Assembly (NCBI RefSeq): GCF_006345805.1
Contig: NC_043006.1
Location: forward strand, 54,250,001 to 54,314,000
Direction of reading: 5' to 3'
DNA: 64,000 bases
DNA from: Octopus sinensis
Lineage: Eukaryota
The notes beneath the pieces are model-generated. The model was given only the letters and a program-made list of their open reading frames with translations, searched no databases and had not been told where the DNA came from. The translations under genes and the position numbers were made by a program. Positions 26,949 to 38,625 of this stretch are shown here, in pieces (within the stretch, counting starts at the first letter, position 1; every line of letters begins with the position of its first letter).

Positions 26949-28386
26949 TGTTGATTTTTGGAATATATTTTTTTATGAACAGTGGTCTGGGTACAAACTT
27001 TTGGCTTGTATATTACAAACAACATTGGATTTCATCCACAAGCTGTTTGGCACTAATGGAAATAGTGATCCTGCTTTTAGTGTCGAAATCACATTAATAT
27101 CTGTTAGGCTGCTGATGAGAAAAATTCTCAACTGTGTTAAAAAAATGGATTTCATTTTGTCATTATATCACTGGCTATTGATGATGTCAGATGGTGCATG
27201 GGTGTTTTTTTTTTTATGTGTACTCCACTAGGGTTTTTTACTGAGATCATACAAGTTGTTTGGCCATTTTTGTTTTTAGGTTATGTTAGGAATGGGATTA
27301 GATATAATTTTTATTCATATGGTTTGTAAATGGTTAGTTTAGCATGGTCAGATTGTCATTAAAAAGCAAATATGAAATGTATATGTGTTTGTGTGTGGTC
27401 TACCTTGAAATGATTTAGTGTTATGTGATTTCTCTCTCATGCTGACACACATATACAGACAGAAAATGTAGTGCTATATTTCTGGTTTTGAGAAAATATT
27501 CTACATAGATAACTGCTGGAGGTTATCAAGGTTAGGGTTCTGTACTGACAAATTGAACAGGGTCACATTAAAGAAATACAAAGGAGGAAACTTATTTTTC
27601 AGTGACCTGTACTATAGATTAAAAGGTAAGCTCCCAGTTAATATAATCTATAACCTAGTTTCAATTACCAGAGGTAACCTTTTATTTACAAAATATAGCA
27701 AAAATTTCATTACTACATTAGTAAATCAGTATTTTTGTGTTGTTCTTTTTCAAGAGAAGATGTAAATTCTACAAGCTGCATTTTCTTTCCACTTAATACC
27801 TTAAGTTTGCCAGGTTAGCCTTGATCCAGTAGATCTATGATCAAAAGCTACTTCGGCTAACCTGCATCTTATTAGTATGTTCTCCCATTTTTTTAAAGAT
27901 GGTAGTGTGTTGCTTTAGCTTTTACTTTTAGCAGGCCCAGCAATCATACAAAGGCTTTCTCATTGGATTGGCTTCATTTGTACTCTGAGTAGGAATCAGT
28001 AAACTTAGTCCAATGTACAGTTACAAAGACATTGTGGATTAGTCTGACTTTTGTCCTTGTCTTGTGAAATGAGGACTAATACATAATATAAGAAATCCTC
28101 ATCTCAGACATATAGGACTGTGTTATTGTGACAGTTGTATAACAAGCTGTGTCAGTAAATGAATGTGGTCTCCTTAAAAAGAAATATAAGAAAAGATGTA
28201 CAATTGGACAGTTTTATATTGTTTGTGATAGGTGTAAACATGACTGTGGTTAAGAAGTGTACTTCACAACCATATAGCACTTTGGGCAAGTATCTTCTAC
28301 TATTGCTCTGGATTGACTAATGCATTTGGAGAAAATTTGATAGGCAGGAACTGTATGGAAGCTGTATAAAAGGCTGTGAGCATGTC

Positions 28387-29215
28387 GGGCAAAATGCTTT
28401 GCGGTATTTCATGTATTTACGTTCTGAGTTTAAATTCCGCTGAAGTCAACTTTGCCTTTCATCCTTTCGGGGTCAATAAATTAAGTACCAGTTATGCACT
28501 GGGGTCGATGTAATCGACTTAATCCCTTTGTCCTTGTTTGTTACCTCTATGTTTAGCCCCTTGTGGGCAATAAAGAAATAGGAAACAGCGCACCGGGCAA
28601 AATGCTTAGCAGGATTTCGTCTGTCTTTACGTTCCAAGTTCAAATTCCGCCAAGGTCGACTTTGCCTTTCATCCTTTCGGGGTCAATAAATTAAGTACCA
28701 GTTATGCACTGGGGTCGATGTAATCGACTTAATCCCTTTGTCCTTGTTTGTTACCTCTATGTTTAGCCCCTTGTGGGCAATAAAGAAATAGGAAACAGCG
28801 CACCGGGCAAAATGCTTAGCAGGATTTCGTCTGTCTTTACGTTCCAAGTTCAAATTCCGCCAAGGTCGACTTTGCCTTTCATCCTTTCGGGGTCAATAAA
28901 TTAAGTACCAGTTATGCACTGGGGTCGATGTAATCGACTTAATCCCTTTGTCCTTGTTTGTTAGCTCTATGTTTAGCCCCTTGTGGGCAATAAAGAAATA
29001 GGAAACAGCGCACCGGGCAAAATGCTTAGCAGGATTTCGTCTGTCTTTACGTTCCAAGTTCAAATTCCGCCAAGGTCGACTTTGCCTTTCATCCTTTCGG
29101 GGTCAATAAATTAAGTACCAGTTATGCACTGGGGTCGATGTAATCGACTTAATCCCTTTGTCCTTGTTTGTTAGCTCTATGTTTAGCCCCTTGTTGGCAA
29201 TAAAGAAATAAGAAA
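28387..29215 (+). repeat. Four head-to-tail 210-bp copies of a family-B SINE, nested in a family-A SINE
   Basis: TTTGCCTTTC at 28451, 28661, 28871 and 29081; B-box-like GTTCAAATTCC in copies 2-4 (GTTTAAATTCC in copy 1); a single inverse copy lies at 54626-54860. Confidence 0.95.
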
Positions 29216-29665
29216 CTGTATGGAATCCTGTTAATTATGTATGTGAGTTTGTGTTTATCCTTCACTGCTTGATACTTGGTGTAAGTTTGTTTATGGCCAT
29301 GTAATTTAGCAGTTAAGCTTGTGTTTCTCTCTCACTGCTTGACAACTGGTGTAGCTTTGTTTATGTCCAGGTAATTTAGCAGTTTGGCAAAAATTTATGT
29401 ATTGGAGTCAATTGACTATATGAAATGAAAATAAAAACACCTCAAGGTGGTATACCCTGTTAGGCTGTAGTCCAGTGACTAAAAAAAGTAAAAGAATAAA
29501 AGAACAATTACAATCAGAATTAAGTCAGTCTCTTAGCTAAGTTTTAAGCAGTCATGTTATTAGTAGAGTTGTACTGCTGAAGATGCAACTTATGGAGTTG
29601 TCATATTCATGGGAAATAGGATCTATTAATTAAGGCTTCAATATCAAACACAGCTTCTGCTAGAA

Positions 29666-29902
29666 CAGTGGTTCTCAACCGTTTTTTTATCTATGGACCC
29701 CCTTTGATTCCTATTTTTACTCAGGTGGACCCTCATAACCATTTGATGTTATTAAAAATCCTATTATATTTTTATGATTAAATATTATTAGGAATTGTAT
29801 AAAAAAAAATTATTAAGATATTTTGTGTATTGTAGAAGTAAAACCTATTGCAGATAAATTTTAGCAACAAAATCTTATATGGACTCCTTCTGAAAACCAC
29901 TC
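29666..29902. mobile_element. hAT-like MITE
   Basis: Ends CAGTGGTTCTCAACC / GAAAACCACTC; flanks TGCTAGAA / TGCTTAAG (5 of 8 match, decayed 8-bp TSD). Confidence 0.6.
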
Positions 29903-30173
29903 TGCTTAAGAAAAACAAAGATATTGTTAGAGATGTTAGTGGTCTCTAGCATTCTATTTTATCAGTCTCCAATACTGTAGTTGGAGTGATATGTGCGTCA
30001 GGAGAACACCTGACTAAATGTTTTACAATATTTTTATCATATGTTTAGCTATATTTTACAATGTTTACTTTGCTATTCTTCTAAGTTAAACCAAGCTTTA
30101 TTATCTCTCTTCGTAGGGGCTCTCTTTCTAGGAAGTACACATCAGTAATGCACTAAGTTGTTTTAAATGATTA

Positions 30174-30693
30174 CTGTAAATCTTTGAGTATAGTCCGCCC
30201 TTGAGTATAATACGCAGGGGATTTTTAGGGAGCTGTACTTCTGAAAAACCTAAACCTTGTGTATAATACGCACTCCTTCTCTAACTTGAGTTGTGCGTAC
30301 TTAAGCCAGCAGCACCTAGCCGAACAAACACTTCCGCGTGTGCATAATACAATAATAGTGATGTTCTTAACTGTTATATGGGAATGTAAATGTTTGCAAA
30401 TTGTTTTTGTTACATGTTATTCAGTGTTTTGAATACTTTTATTTTAATAAATACTGCTTACTGCAAGTTATGGATGATTCTTTTATGACTTCATTGCTTT
30501 CAGGCTTAGCGTAACGTAATTTTGTGCCTGACATCACAAAATGCGTCTGAATAAACATTGCCGGACAGCAAATAGAGACTCGGACATTGCTTAGAAAATA
30601 TTTTTCATTTTTAACCTCGTATATAGTACGCACTAGGGATTTTGACTTTTAAATTTTGGGAAAAAAATGTGGATTATACTTGAGGATTTATGG
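30174..30693. mobile_element. pogo/Tc2 (Tigger-like) MITE
   Basis: TA on both sides; imperfect ~25-bp TIRs CTGTAAATCTTTGAGTATAGTCCGC / GTGGATTATACTTGAGGATTTATGG; repeated subterminal GTATAATACGCA motifs. Confidence 0.75.
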
Positions 30694-31407
30694 TATTTAT
30701 ATTCTACAGAAGCATTTAGCTTTGCATTCAGATGAAAATATGTAGCTTGTGTTTTAGGGTAGCTTTTAATTTTTTGACCCTTTGAGTTTGCGACCTACTT
30801 TCTGCTCCTAATTGCAGCTATGTCACTTCATTTACTGCAACACTAGTGACATTAGGAATACTATGAACATCACAGCATAACATTGCTCACTCTCTTATAA
30901 AATCTGTGACCTTTTGCTTATTTAACAATTCAATCTCATCTAACTCTATTGATTCCCTCACCACTCTGCCCCACTCTCCCATCTGCAATGCAGAAATATG
31001 TTCTGTATACTATTATGAAACATATGCACACCTGTCTACTATGAGGTTTCTTTTATAGTGAGACAATCATAGAGAGGCAGGGAGACAGAGCATGTGTTTG
31101 TTTGCATATAGATTAATGCTGTTTCCTATGTTTATATAAGAATTAATGTGACAGAGTGCTTAGAATGGAAGAAAATTAATTCAAATTCATGTATAATGAT
31201 AATAGTTAGCAGCAACATCATCTTTGTAGATTTTAAACCTGTTGTAGTCTCCTGATTTGGCTTGGTTTGGTTATTTCTCTTCAGTTGTCTCTTGAGTTTG
31301 TAAGGCTTTCATTTTGTAATATCCAAACTGTGTATGCATTCTAAATTTTCCTTCATATCATGGCATTAAAATAAGGTACTGTTTCTAATGTATGAGATAT
31401 AATTTAA

Positions 31408-31913
31408 CCTTTTTGATACCGACCCACCTGTGACTATCCCCGTTTCTGACAAAACTTTGCTGTTTCAAAGTGATTTAAATAAAAGCTCTCCTTCAAAATT
31501 CCATGTTAATTTTTGTTCCAAACTCCAGCATAATAATGACAAAATTAATTAATAAATTCATTATTTTCAAAATTAATTTTATAACGCGGTTTGCATATAT
31601 GTCATCTTAGTGTCATGCACTAATAACAGTGTGATATACAATACCACAGAATGGGGTAGACATCAACTGTCTCCACTTGATGTATTCCCAAATACTCTCT
31701 CTGCCAACAACTATAACCAATCCAAAATAACTCTCAATGAACTATTACAACTTCTCAATAATTTCCTGCTACTCCACAAACTCACGAATGAGTTAAACTT
31801 ATACAAACAAGTTGGCTAGTTCATTCTCACAGGGAGTGTCATGATTCTAGCCATATCAACTAATTGGAGCAAAAGCAGCATATTTCAACAGAAATATGGT
31901 AACGAAAGTGTTA
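31408..31913. mobile_element. piggyBac-like MITE interrupted by a ~280-bp insert
   Basis: TTAACCTTTTGATACC start and GGTAACGAAAGTGTTAA end; body matches the uninterrupted copy at 43103-43330. Confidence 0.65.
31581..31860 (+). mobile_element. Penelope-like RT remnant
   Basis: Translates ...ITLNELLQLLNNFLL...LNLYKQVG*FILTGSVMILAI, resembling the PLE RT motif YKQxxGxxMGSxLSxxLANI. Confidence 0.45.
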
Positions 31914-32429
31914 AAGCTTAAAATGCTTTTGATGAGCATCGTTGTTCCAGAATTGCTGAACATGTGAAAGCTTTTGCTCAGTCATACAATAACAAATGTA
32001 ACTATCATCTAATATAAGATTATACTGTATGTGGCTGAAAAAACTCCCATATTTCACATGGCCATTGGTGGGGCACTAGTGAAGTTAGGCAGGTGGTGAT
32101 TGTGTCTTGATGTAGTTCATACTGTACTGTTTTCTTTCTTTGCTTATTATTTTTTCTCTATTCAATTGCTGTTATGGTTTTAAGTTGCCATCGCTGGTGC
32201 AAACCATGTGTTTGTTTTCAAGAATAGTGGTTGTTGTACAGAGAACTTTGCATATTCATTTTGAGTTAAATTGAAACAATGCTATTCCACACTGAAAATC
32301 CATATTGCTATTGGATGACAATTTCAGGGCCATGAGTTCAAGGCTAAAAGAAAACTACTTGGAAAGCATTGGAGCATTCAAACTAAGTTGTGGGACACTG
32401 TTTTGCAATCTTTTGTGAAGGCAATTATC

Positions 32430-32705
32430 AGTTCATGATCATAAGGTTGTGAGTGGCACGTTGTATCTTTGGGCAAGACACTTTATACCACATTGCTTCA
32501 GTCCACTCAGCTGGTAAAAATGTGTTATACCTATTATTCAAAGGGCCAGCCTTAATACATTGTGTCGTGCTGAATCTCCCTGAGAACTGTGTTAAGGGTA
32601 AACATGTCTGTGTTGTGCTTAGCCACTTGCATGTTAATTTCACAAGCAGGCTGTTTCATTGATCAGATTAATTGGAACTGTTGTTGTTGTAACTAATGGT
32701 GTGTC
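32430..32705 (+). mobile_element. SINE (family shared with 25903-26212)
   Basis: TTGGGCAAGACACTTTAT..CACATTGCTTCAGTCCACTCAGCTGG core. Confidence 0.6.
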
Positions 32706-32868
32706 ATTTTTGGTTTGCAATCTCCTAAGTGTACAACCTGCAAACATGCATCTGCTTTGGGATTATGTGATTGAACTGCCAGAATGTTATACATTGATCT
32801 CAAGTTCCATCCAACAAAGTGGTGGTTGGGAAATTTCATGAATGTGATAGGAAAACCCACATAGCATA

Positions 32869-33597
32869 CTGTGAGGATATCTGTCACAGTGTTCCTTCAG
32901 ACACTATTTTTCTCACATGCAATGAAGCCCACTTTCGTCTACCCAGAGTAGAATTTTTTTTACTTGATGGAAAACAATGTCAAGCAGATTCATGAAAGAC
33001 CCCTATACAACAAACTAGTTTCTGTCTAGTGTACTGTTGCAAATTTTGGTGTTTGGGGTCCTCACTTTTTGAAGGAGGGAGGCTAAGCACTTATAGTAAT
33101 GTCTGATTAATATGCAGAGATGCTACACAACTTTCTGAAGCCAAAACTCAGAGACCATGGAAATTTGGATGAATGGTTTCTGTAGGATGGCGCCACTGCT
33201 TGCAAAGTGGTGTCATCAATGGCAGTCTTGAGAGAACTGTTTCCAGGACACTTGGTCTTCATATGTGGTGATGTTGGATGTCCTGCAGTCTTGCTTGATC
33301 TCACCCTGTGAATAGTTTTTGCTAGAGATATAATTAACCTTTAACAAACTTACCAATAGCCATTGACAAATTGAAGGCTGGTATTGCAGAAATACTACTG
33401 GAAATACCTTACTCAATGATGGAAAACTTAAGAATTCGATTGCAATTAGAGACTACCATTTGGGAGATATTATTTTCAAAATCAAGTGAAACAAACTGCA
33501 TCCCATCATGTTAATGCTATTAGAATATTTTTTGAAAAACATTTACTGTGGCCTTTTTGTCAACCTATAAAATGTGGGAATATTTTTTGCCACACCC

Positions 33598-33599
<2 letters not shown>
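32869..33599 (+). mobile_element. IS630-Tc1-mariner DD41D (rosa/VS-type) transposon remnant
   Basis: Decayed TCNEAHFRL, GVWGPHFL and *DGATACKVVSSMAVLRELFPGHLVFICGDVGCPAVLLDLTL* (about 41 residues from the second D to the third D position); right TIR ends CACACCCTG followed by TA. Confidence 0.8.
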
Positions 33600-33640
<41 letters not shown>

Positions 33641-34721
33641 AGCATAGGGGGACAACAGGCTGAGTTCATTGGGTACTATATAATAAAACAAAACCTTGGG
33701 AAGCCAAAGGAAGCAAACACTGAGAGAAGATACTTGATGGTCATACCAGCTGGCTACAGAAACACTGGCCCAATAATGGGCTAAGCTCTGTGTGGGACAG
33801 GAGGAAGGTGGAGATCTATGATTGCTGATACATATAAACATATACACTATATAAAATGGAGCTGTGGTAGCCTTGTATTGTAAACTTATGTGAAATGTAA
33901 TTGAGGTAAAATATTTCCTGCACTGTAGAAAAGTTGTTAAAGCGAAATAAAAAAAAAAGTAAAGAGAAAATTGAAAGTTTTTTTTCCTCCCATATCAATT
34001 CTGCCCACCACATATGATATTTATTACAGCTAAATACTGATAAAATCCCTTTCTGGGTGTTAACAGGGTGAAATATTTCTTTCCTTAGTATTAATATGTT
34101 AACCAAAGTATTTAGTTTGTCATCATCTGTGTTAGGGTGTCTTGTTTTTGCAAGTTGGCATGAGTTGAACAGGTCTGCCATAAATCTTATCACCATTCTT
34201 AATACACACTAAGATTCATGTAATTATCATATATACAGAACAAATATTGCCTTATTTCCCACATAGACCAAGGAATGACTTTATGACCTCAATATTTTCT
34301 CAGCATGCTTGCACTGTTTTGACCTTGAAGGTCACATCATGCACAATGTCTTGTTTCTCAAGACTACATCACATCACAATGTGCTGTTACTCAGGATCAT
34401 ATCACTTCATTTTGTCTTAATGTTTTGCTCTTGCAGGTCACATCGCAATCTTTTTACTCCCCAAAATTGCATGATACAATAATCTTACTCTGGTGTGTTC
34501 TTTAAGATTACATTACAAGTGTCAAAGGCACCACTATCTTGTTATTCAAATTTGCATCCGTGTATGCAACTGCACATGCATATACATCTCACAGTTTGGT
34601 AGTTCAAAATCATATTGCAGATTTTCCTCTCTTTAAAAATCACATCATATACATTTACACAACAAAAAAAAATTATACTGAATTCCATTCTGACTTACTT
34701 TTTCACAGTATGTATGTATAA

Positions 34722-35078
34722 CACAGGCTTGCTTCCCAATCACGTGGTTCTGGGTTCAGTTCCACTGCCTGACATCTTGGGCAAGTGTCTTCTACTATAG
34801 CCTTGGCCCATCCAGAGCCTTGTGAGTGGATTTGGTAGACTAAAACTGAAAGAAGCCCAGCATGTGTGTATGTGTCTTTGTCCTTCACTACTGTTTAACA
34901 ACTGATGTTGGTGTGTTTACATCCCCATAACTTAGTGGTTCTGTGAAAGGGACTGATAGAATAAGTACCAAGCTTTGAAAAAGATAAGTACTGGGGTCAA
35001 TTCATTCAATTAAAAATTCTTCAAGGCAGTGCTCCAGCATGGCCGCAGTCCAATGACTGAAACAAGTAAAAGATATAA
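34722..35078 (+). mobile_element. SINE family A
   Basis: Colinear with 39589-39991. Confidence 0.85.
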
Positions 35079-35289
35079 GATATCACAAATCAGATTTGTA
35101 ACATCTTTCTTCTGTATGGTTAAGATGTGGTTGGCTCTAGCACTTACTGGAACTGCAATGGTTTGAACCACTTTCAAATCTAAAGGATTACATTTTGATG
35201 TCTGTAATACACACACATTTGTGTGTATCATATGTCTGATTTATATTCAGTTATAATAAGAACAATTTTACATTAATCTAATGGGTTAC

Positions 35290-36845
35290 TCTATACTTTG
35301 CAGAGTACAAATTTATTATTCTTTAACGAGAATATCATTGGGAGTGACTTTGAAGTTTGAGCTAGATAAGCCATTGTTGCACTGGGTTAACTGACAAAAA
35401 GACCTAAATGCCATACATAAATGGGCTGAGAAGAACAACATGCAATTTGATGCAGACAAATTCCAAGCTCTCTGCTACAAGTTACTTAGTACTCGGAAGC
35501 TGCAACAATGATACTTTGCACCAAAAGGAGCGGCAATCTCGGAATCACATATGGTGCATGATCTTAGGATTGGTATGAGAACCTTCAGAACAAGGGACCA
35601 GGAAACTATGCTGGTACTATGGAGGACATTTGTCCTGAGCCGTCTGGATTACTGCTCTCAACTGTGGTCACCCTATATTGTCAGATTTTCATTTTAGCAA
35701 TTATGGTTTTCTTTTACAAACATTGATTTTGATGCTAGATAAAAGATTTTAAACTGAAATGTCAATAAAACAATTTTCAATATCTTAAAAATTTTGTTTT
35801 TATATTATGTGCATTTTGTGTATGTATATATTTGTGTGGGCATATATAATTTTCTTCATTGGTTTAAGCCATAGGCTGTAGCCACACTGGAACCATCTTT
35901 CAGCATGATTTGGTTTCTTTTCCCTATTTTTTTATTTATAAAACAGTTAGATGGAGTTGCTTTTCTTTCTGCATCCTGCCATAATATGGCTTTATCTGAT
36001 ATCTCATAAAAACTTGTCCAGACTTTCTTTTGAAGCCCTTCTCATCGACTGTTCGCAAATTTCTGAGGCTGTTTAGCAGTGTTGATTAATTGTGGACCTC
36101 TTAAAACTCGAGCTGTTGCAGTACTGGGCCATTCTTCTAGATGAAGTCGAGATCTTTGCTATGCAGAGCTGTCTAGTTCCGTGAACAGCATAGCTTTTGA
36201 TTCCAAAATTGAGATAGAATCTTATATAAGATATATGAAAATCTGACAATGTAGGGTGACCACAGTTGAGAGCCCTCAACTGTGGTCACTCTACAGTGTC
36301 AGATTGAGGCAGTTCAGTGATGTTACACAGGGAAGATTGCTTCAATGGAATAGCTGAGATATTGCGAGAGACTGAAAGAGCTGTGACTCTACTCCCTGGA
36401 GCAGAGATGGGAGAGGTATGCAGTGATATATGTATGGAAGGTACTGGAGGGGTTGGCACCAAACTTTGGAATTGAAAGCTATATCAGACCCCAAACTGGA
36501 CATCACTGCATTGTTCTAAAGGTCCCAGCTGTCCCATCTAGAGTGAGGACCATGTACTGCAATAGCTTGGGATTCAAGGGCCCACAGCTATTTAACACTT
36601 TTGCCAAAATATCTGAGGGATCTTCATGGAGTTGGGGTAGATGTTTTCAAGAAACAGCTTGACTTCCTGCTATCCAAGGTCCCAGATGAACCAATATCAA
36701 GGCAGGAGACTCAAAAGAGGGCAGCAGTGTCAAACTCCCTCCTTCACCAAAAGCCAATCACATGAGATTTGCCATTGAAAAGGTGATTACGCTGGCAGTG
36801 CTCCAGCATGGCCACAGCCTTAGGACTGAAATGTATAAAAGAATA
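35290..36845 (+). mobile_element. CR1-group (CR1/L2/Proto2-like) LINE 3' part, split by an inverted insertion
   Basis: AIHKWAEKNNMQFDADKFQAL; MRTFRTRDQETMLVLWRTFVLSRLDYCSQLWSPY; RYAVIYVWKVLEGLAPNFGIESY...YCNSLGFKGPQLFN; DFLLSKVPDEP; 3' UTR ends GTGCTCCAGCATGGCCACAGCC...GACTGAAA. Confidence 0.85.
35693..36234 (-). mobile_element. Second, inverted copy of the same LINE family's 3' end
   Basis: Minus-strand NFGIKSY..TRQLCIAKI..YCNS; tail-like GTTCCAGTGTGGCTACAGCCTATGGCT near 35870-35900. Confidence 0.6.
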
Positions 36846-37837
36846 TATATACACACTTCTAATGGTATACTAAGTTGATGAGGTACTAGTGTATTGACGC
36901 TGGCATTGTGTTATGGTTCAGTTCATCTAGCTATAAGTTATTATTTAGCTAGCTCTAGGCCAACCTTGATTAAGCAGATCTTTGGTCAGTTATAGCAGGC
37001 CATGGCACTTTTTTTTCTCCCCGAAGTATAGGATGTCATAGAGCACATTACCTAGTCTGTTCTTTCAAGATGATACAGTTTCACTTGAGGGAGATTTTAC
37101 TAATTTTACTATTATTTCTGACAAGTCAGACGTTGAATCATTTTTATTGGCTTGCTTAGTGGTAAGTAGGTAATACAGTTGCAATCTGTAATCCATTGCT
37201 GTAGTTATTCTGTAGAATTGGCAAGTGTTTTTCTATCTTGCAGTGCCAAGCTTAATTCCTCGCATGGGAAAAGTTACTTATAATAAAAGTTTCCTAGGAG
37301 AAAGCAAGAGATTTCTCTAACATCTGCTTAATGTTGAGAAACCTAGAGATAAGAACTGGCCTTCTGAGTCCTTGCGTTTTGAAAAAGGATTAGCTATCTT
37401 TGTGTTCTAGTTGAACTCTCTTTGAGACTGATAATACAGGCTATAGCCCTTTTTCTATTAAAATTGGCCCTGTGCCCAGTCAGAATGAATCTATATTTAG
37501 AGTGGGCAAGTATATTCAAAATAATAAGAAAAGTTTTGTCATCTGAATAAATTTTTCTTTGCTAATGAGATCGAATAAAATCAAACATGTTTATTGCTTT
37601 CTTTTCTTTGTTTTCAAAACTGGACCCACTCTATGCTCTTTTACTTGTTCAGCCATGCACCTGTGGTCATGCTAGAGCACCACCTTGTCTACATTATCTG
37701 TATTGTCCAAAAACTTCACCAAACTTAACTTATTGGGCTTATTTATTTTTTTTTATATTTCAAACACCTGTCTAAGTATATTACAGTCTAAAAAAGGAGT
37801 TTTTGCTTATTAATTATCTTGGAAATTTCAGTTGGTT

Positions 37838-38140
37838 AAACATTTTCATCAAACATCATCTATTCTGGATAAGAAAGGTACAGACTGGTCAGAACCAGAT
37901 CAGACAAATCCAAATTGGATCAGACCAGCAGCATTCATTAAACATTTTTATCAAACAACCTGTCCTAACTGGTTCAAACCAAATCAAACCAATCCAAACT
38001 AGGTCAAACTGGATCAGACTGGTCATATCAGTCAAACATTTCATCAAACATCATCATCTTCTTCAAACTGGTTTGGATTGGTCAAAACCAGATCAGACTG
38101 GTTCAAGCCAGTCCTGACCAGATCAGACTGGTCCAAATCA
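37838..38140. repeat. Degenerate 5-nt-period minisatellite in ~100-bp higher-order units
   Basis: Runs of CCAGA/TCAGA/CTGGT/TCAAA; AAACATTT..ATCAAACA at 37838, 37940 and 38034. Confidence 0.75.
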
Positions 38141-38145
38141 AAAGG

Positions 38146-38625
38146 CTTTAATACGAATTAAGGGCATGACTGATCTCAATTACCTTAAAATACTGAAACT
38201 CTACTCTCTCCAGTGTTGCCGTGAGCAATACATCATTTGCATCATGTGGAGAATATACTGCCAGTAATGCCCAAACAATCTCAACATTAGCTTCAAAATT
38301 CATCCAAGGCTAGGACCACAGGGCCATACGTCCCCTCCCCAATTCAGGATCACAGCACATAAATACATTGCAACACAATTTTTTTTCCTCAACAGGTCCT
38401 ACCCTATTTAATAATGTCCCAAAACAGATCAAAGAGGAAAAGGATTCCATCACCTGTAAACGGAATGTGGAGAAATTTCTTCAAGGACTACCAGATAAGC
38501 CACCTTTACCTGGATACAACTCACCCAACAAAAATGGACCATGATACCACAAAACTTGACTTTAAAAGATTTAGATAATCCTATTGGGTAGTGCTATTTT
38601 GTTAGACATGGCCTGGACCAATCTT
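38146..38625 (+). mobile_element. CR1-group/Proto2-like LINE 3' fragment (different subfamily)
   Basis: LKLYSLQCCREQYII, GPTLFNNVPKQI and EKFLQGLPDKPPLPGY motifs parallel 36370-36750. Confidence 0.75.

Noticed and set aside
28387-29215. Regular repeats (also 22973-24185) as a CRISPR array
   Set aside because: Units are contiguous 210-bp and 397-bp SINE copies with no unique spacers, no cas genes, and a eukaryotic context
33816-34196. 126-aa minus-strand ORF
   Set aside because: AT-rich with an F/L/I-rich tail typical of non-coding A tracts; no motif recognised
37126-37270. Apparent 82-nt intron (GTAAGT...TTGCAG) between two short exons
   Set aside because: The only open upstream frame stops three codons after the splice, and the upstream acceptor lies in a dispersed repeat
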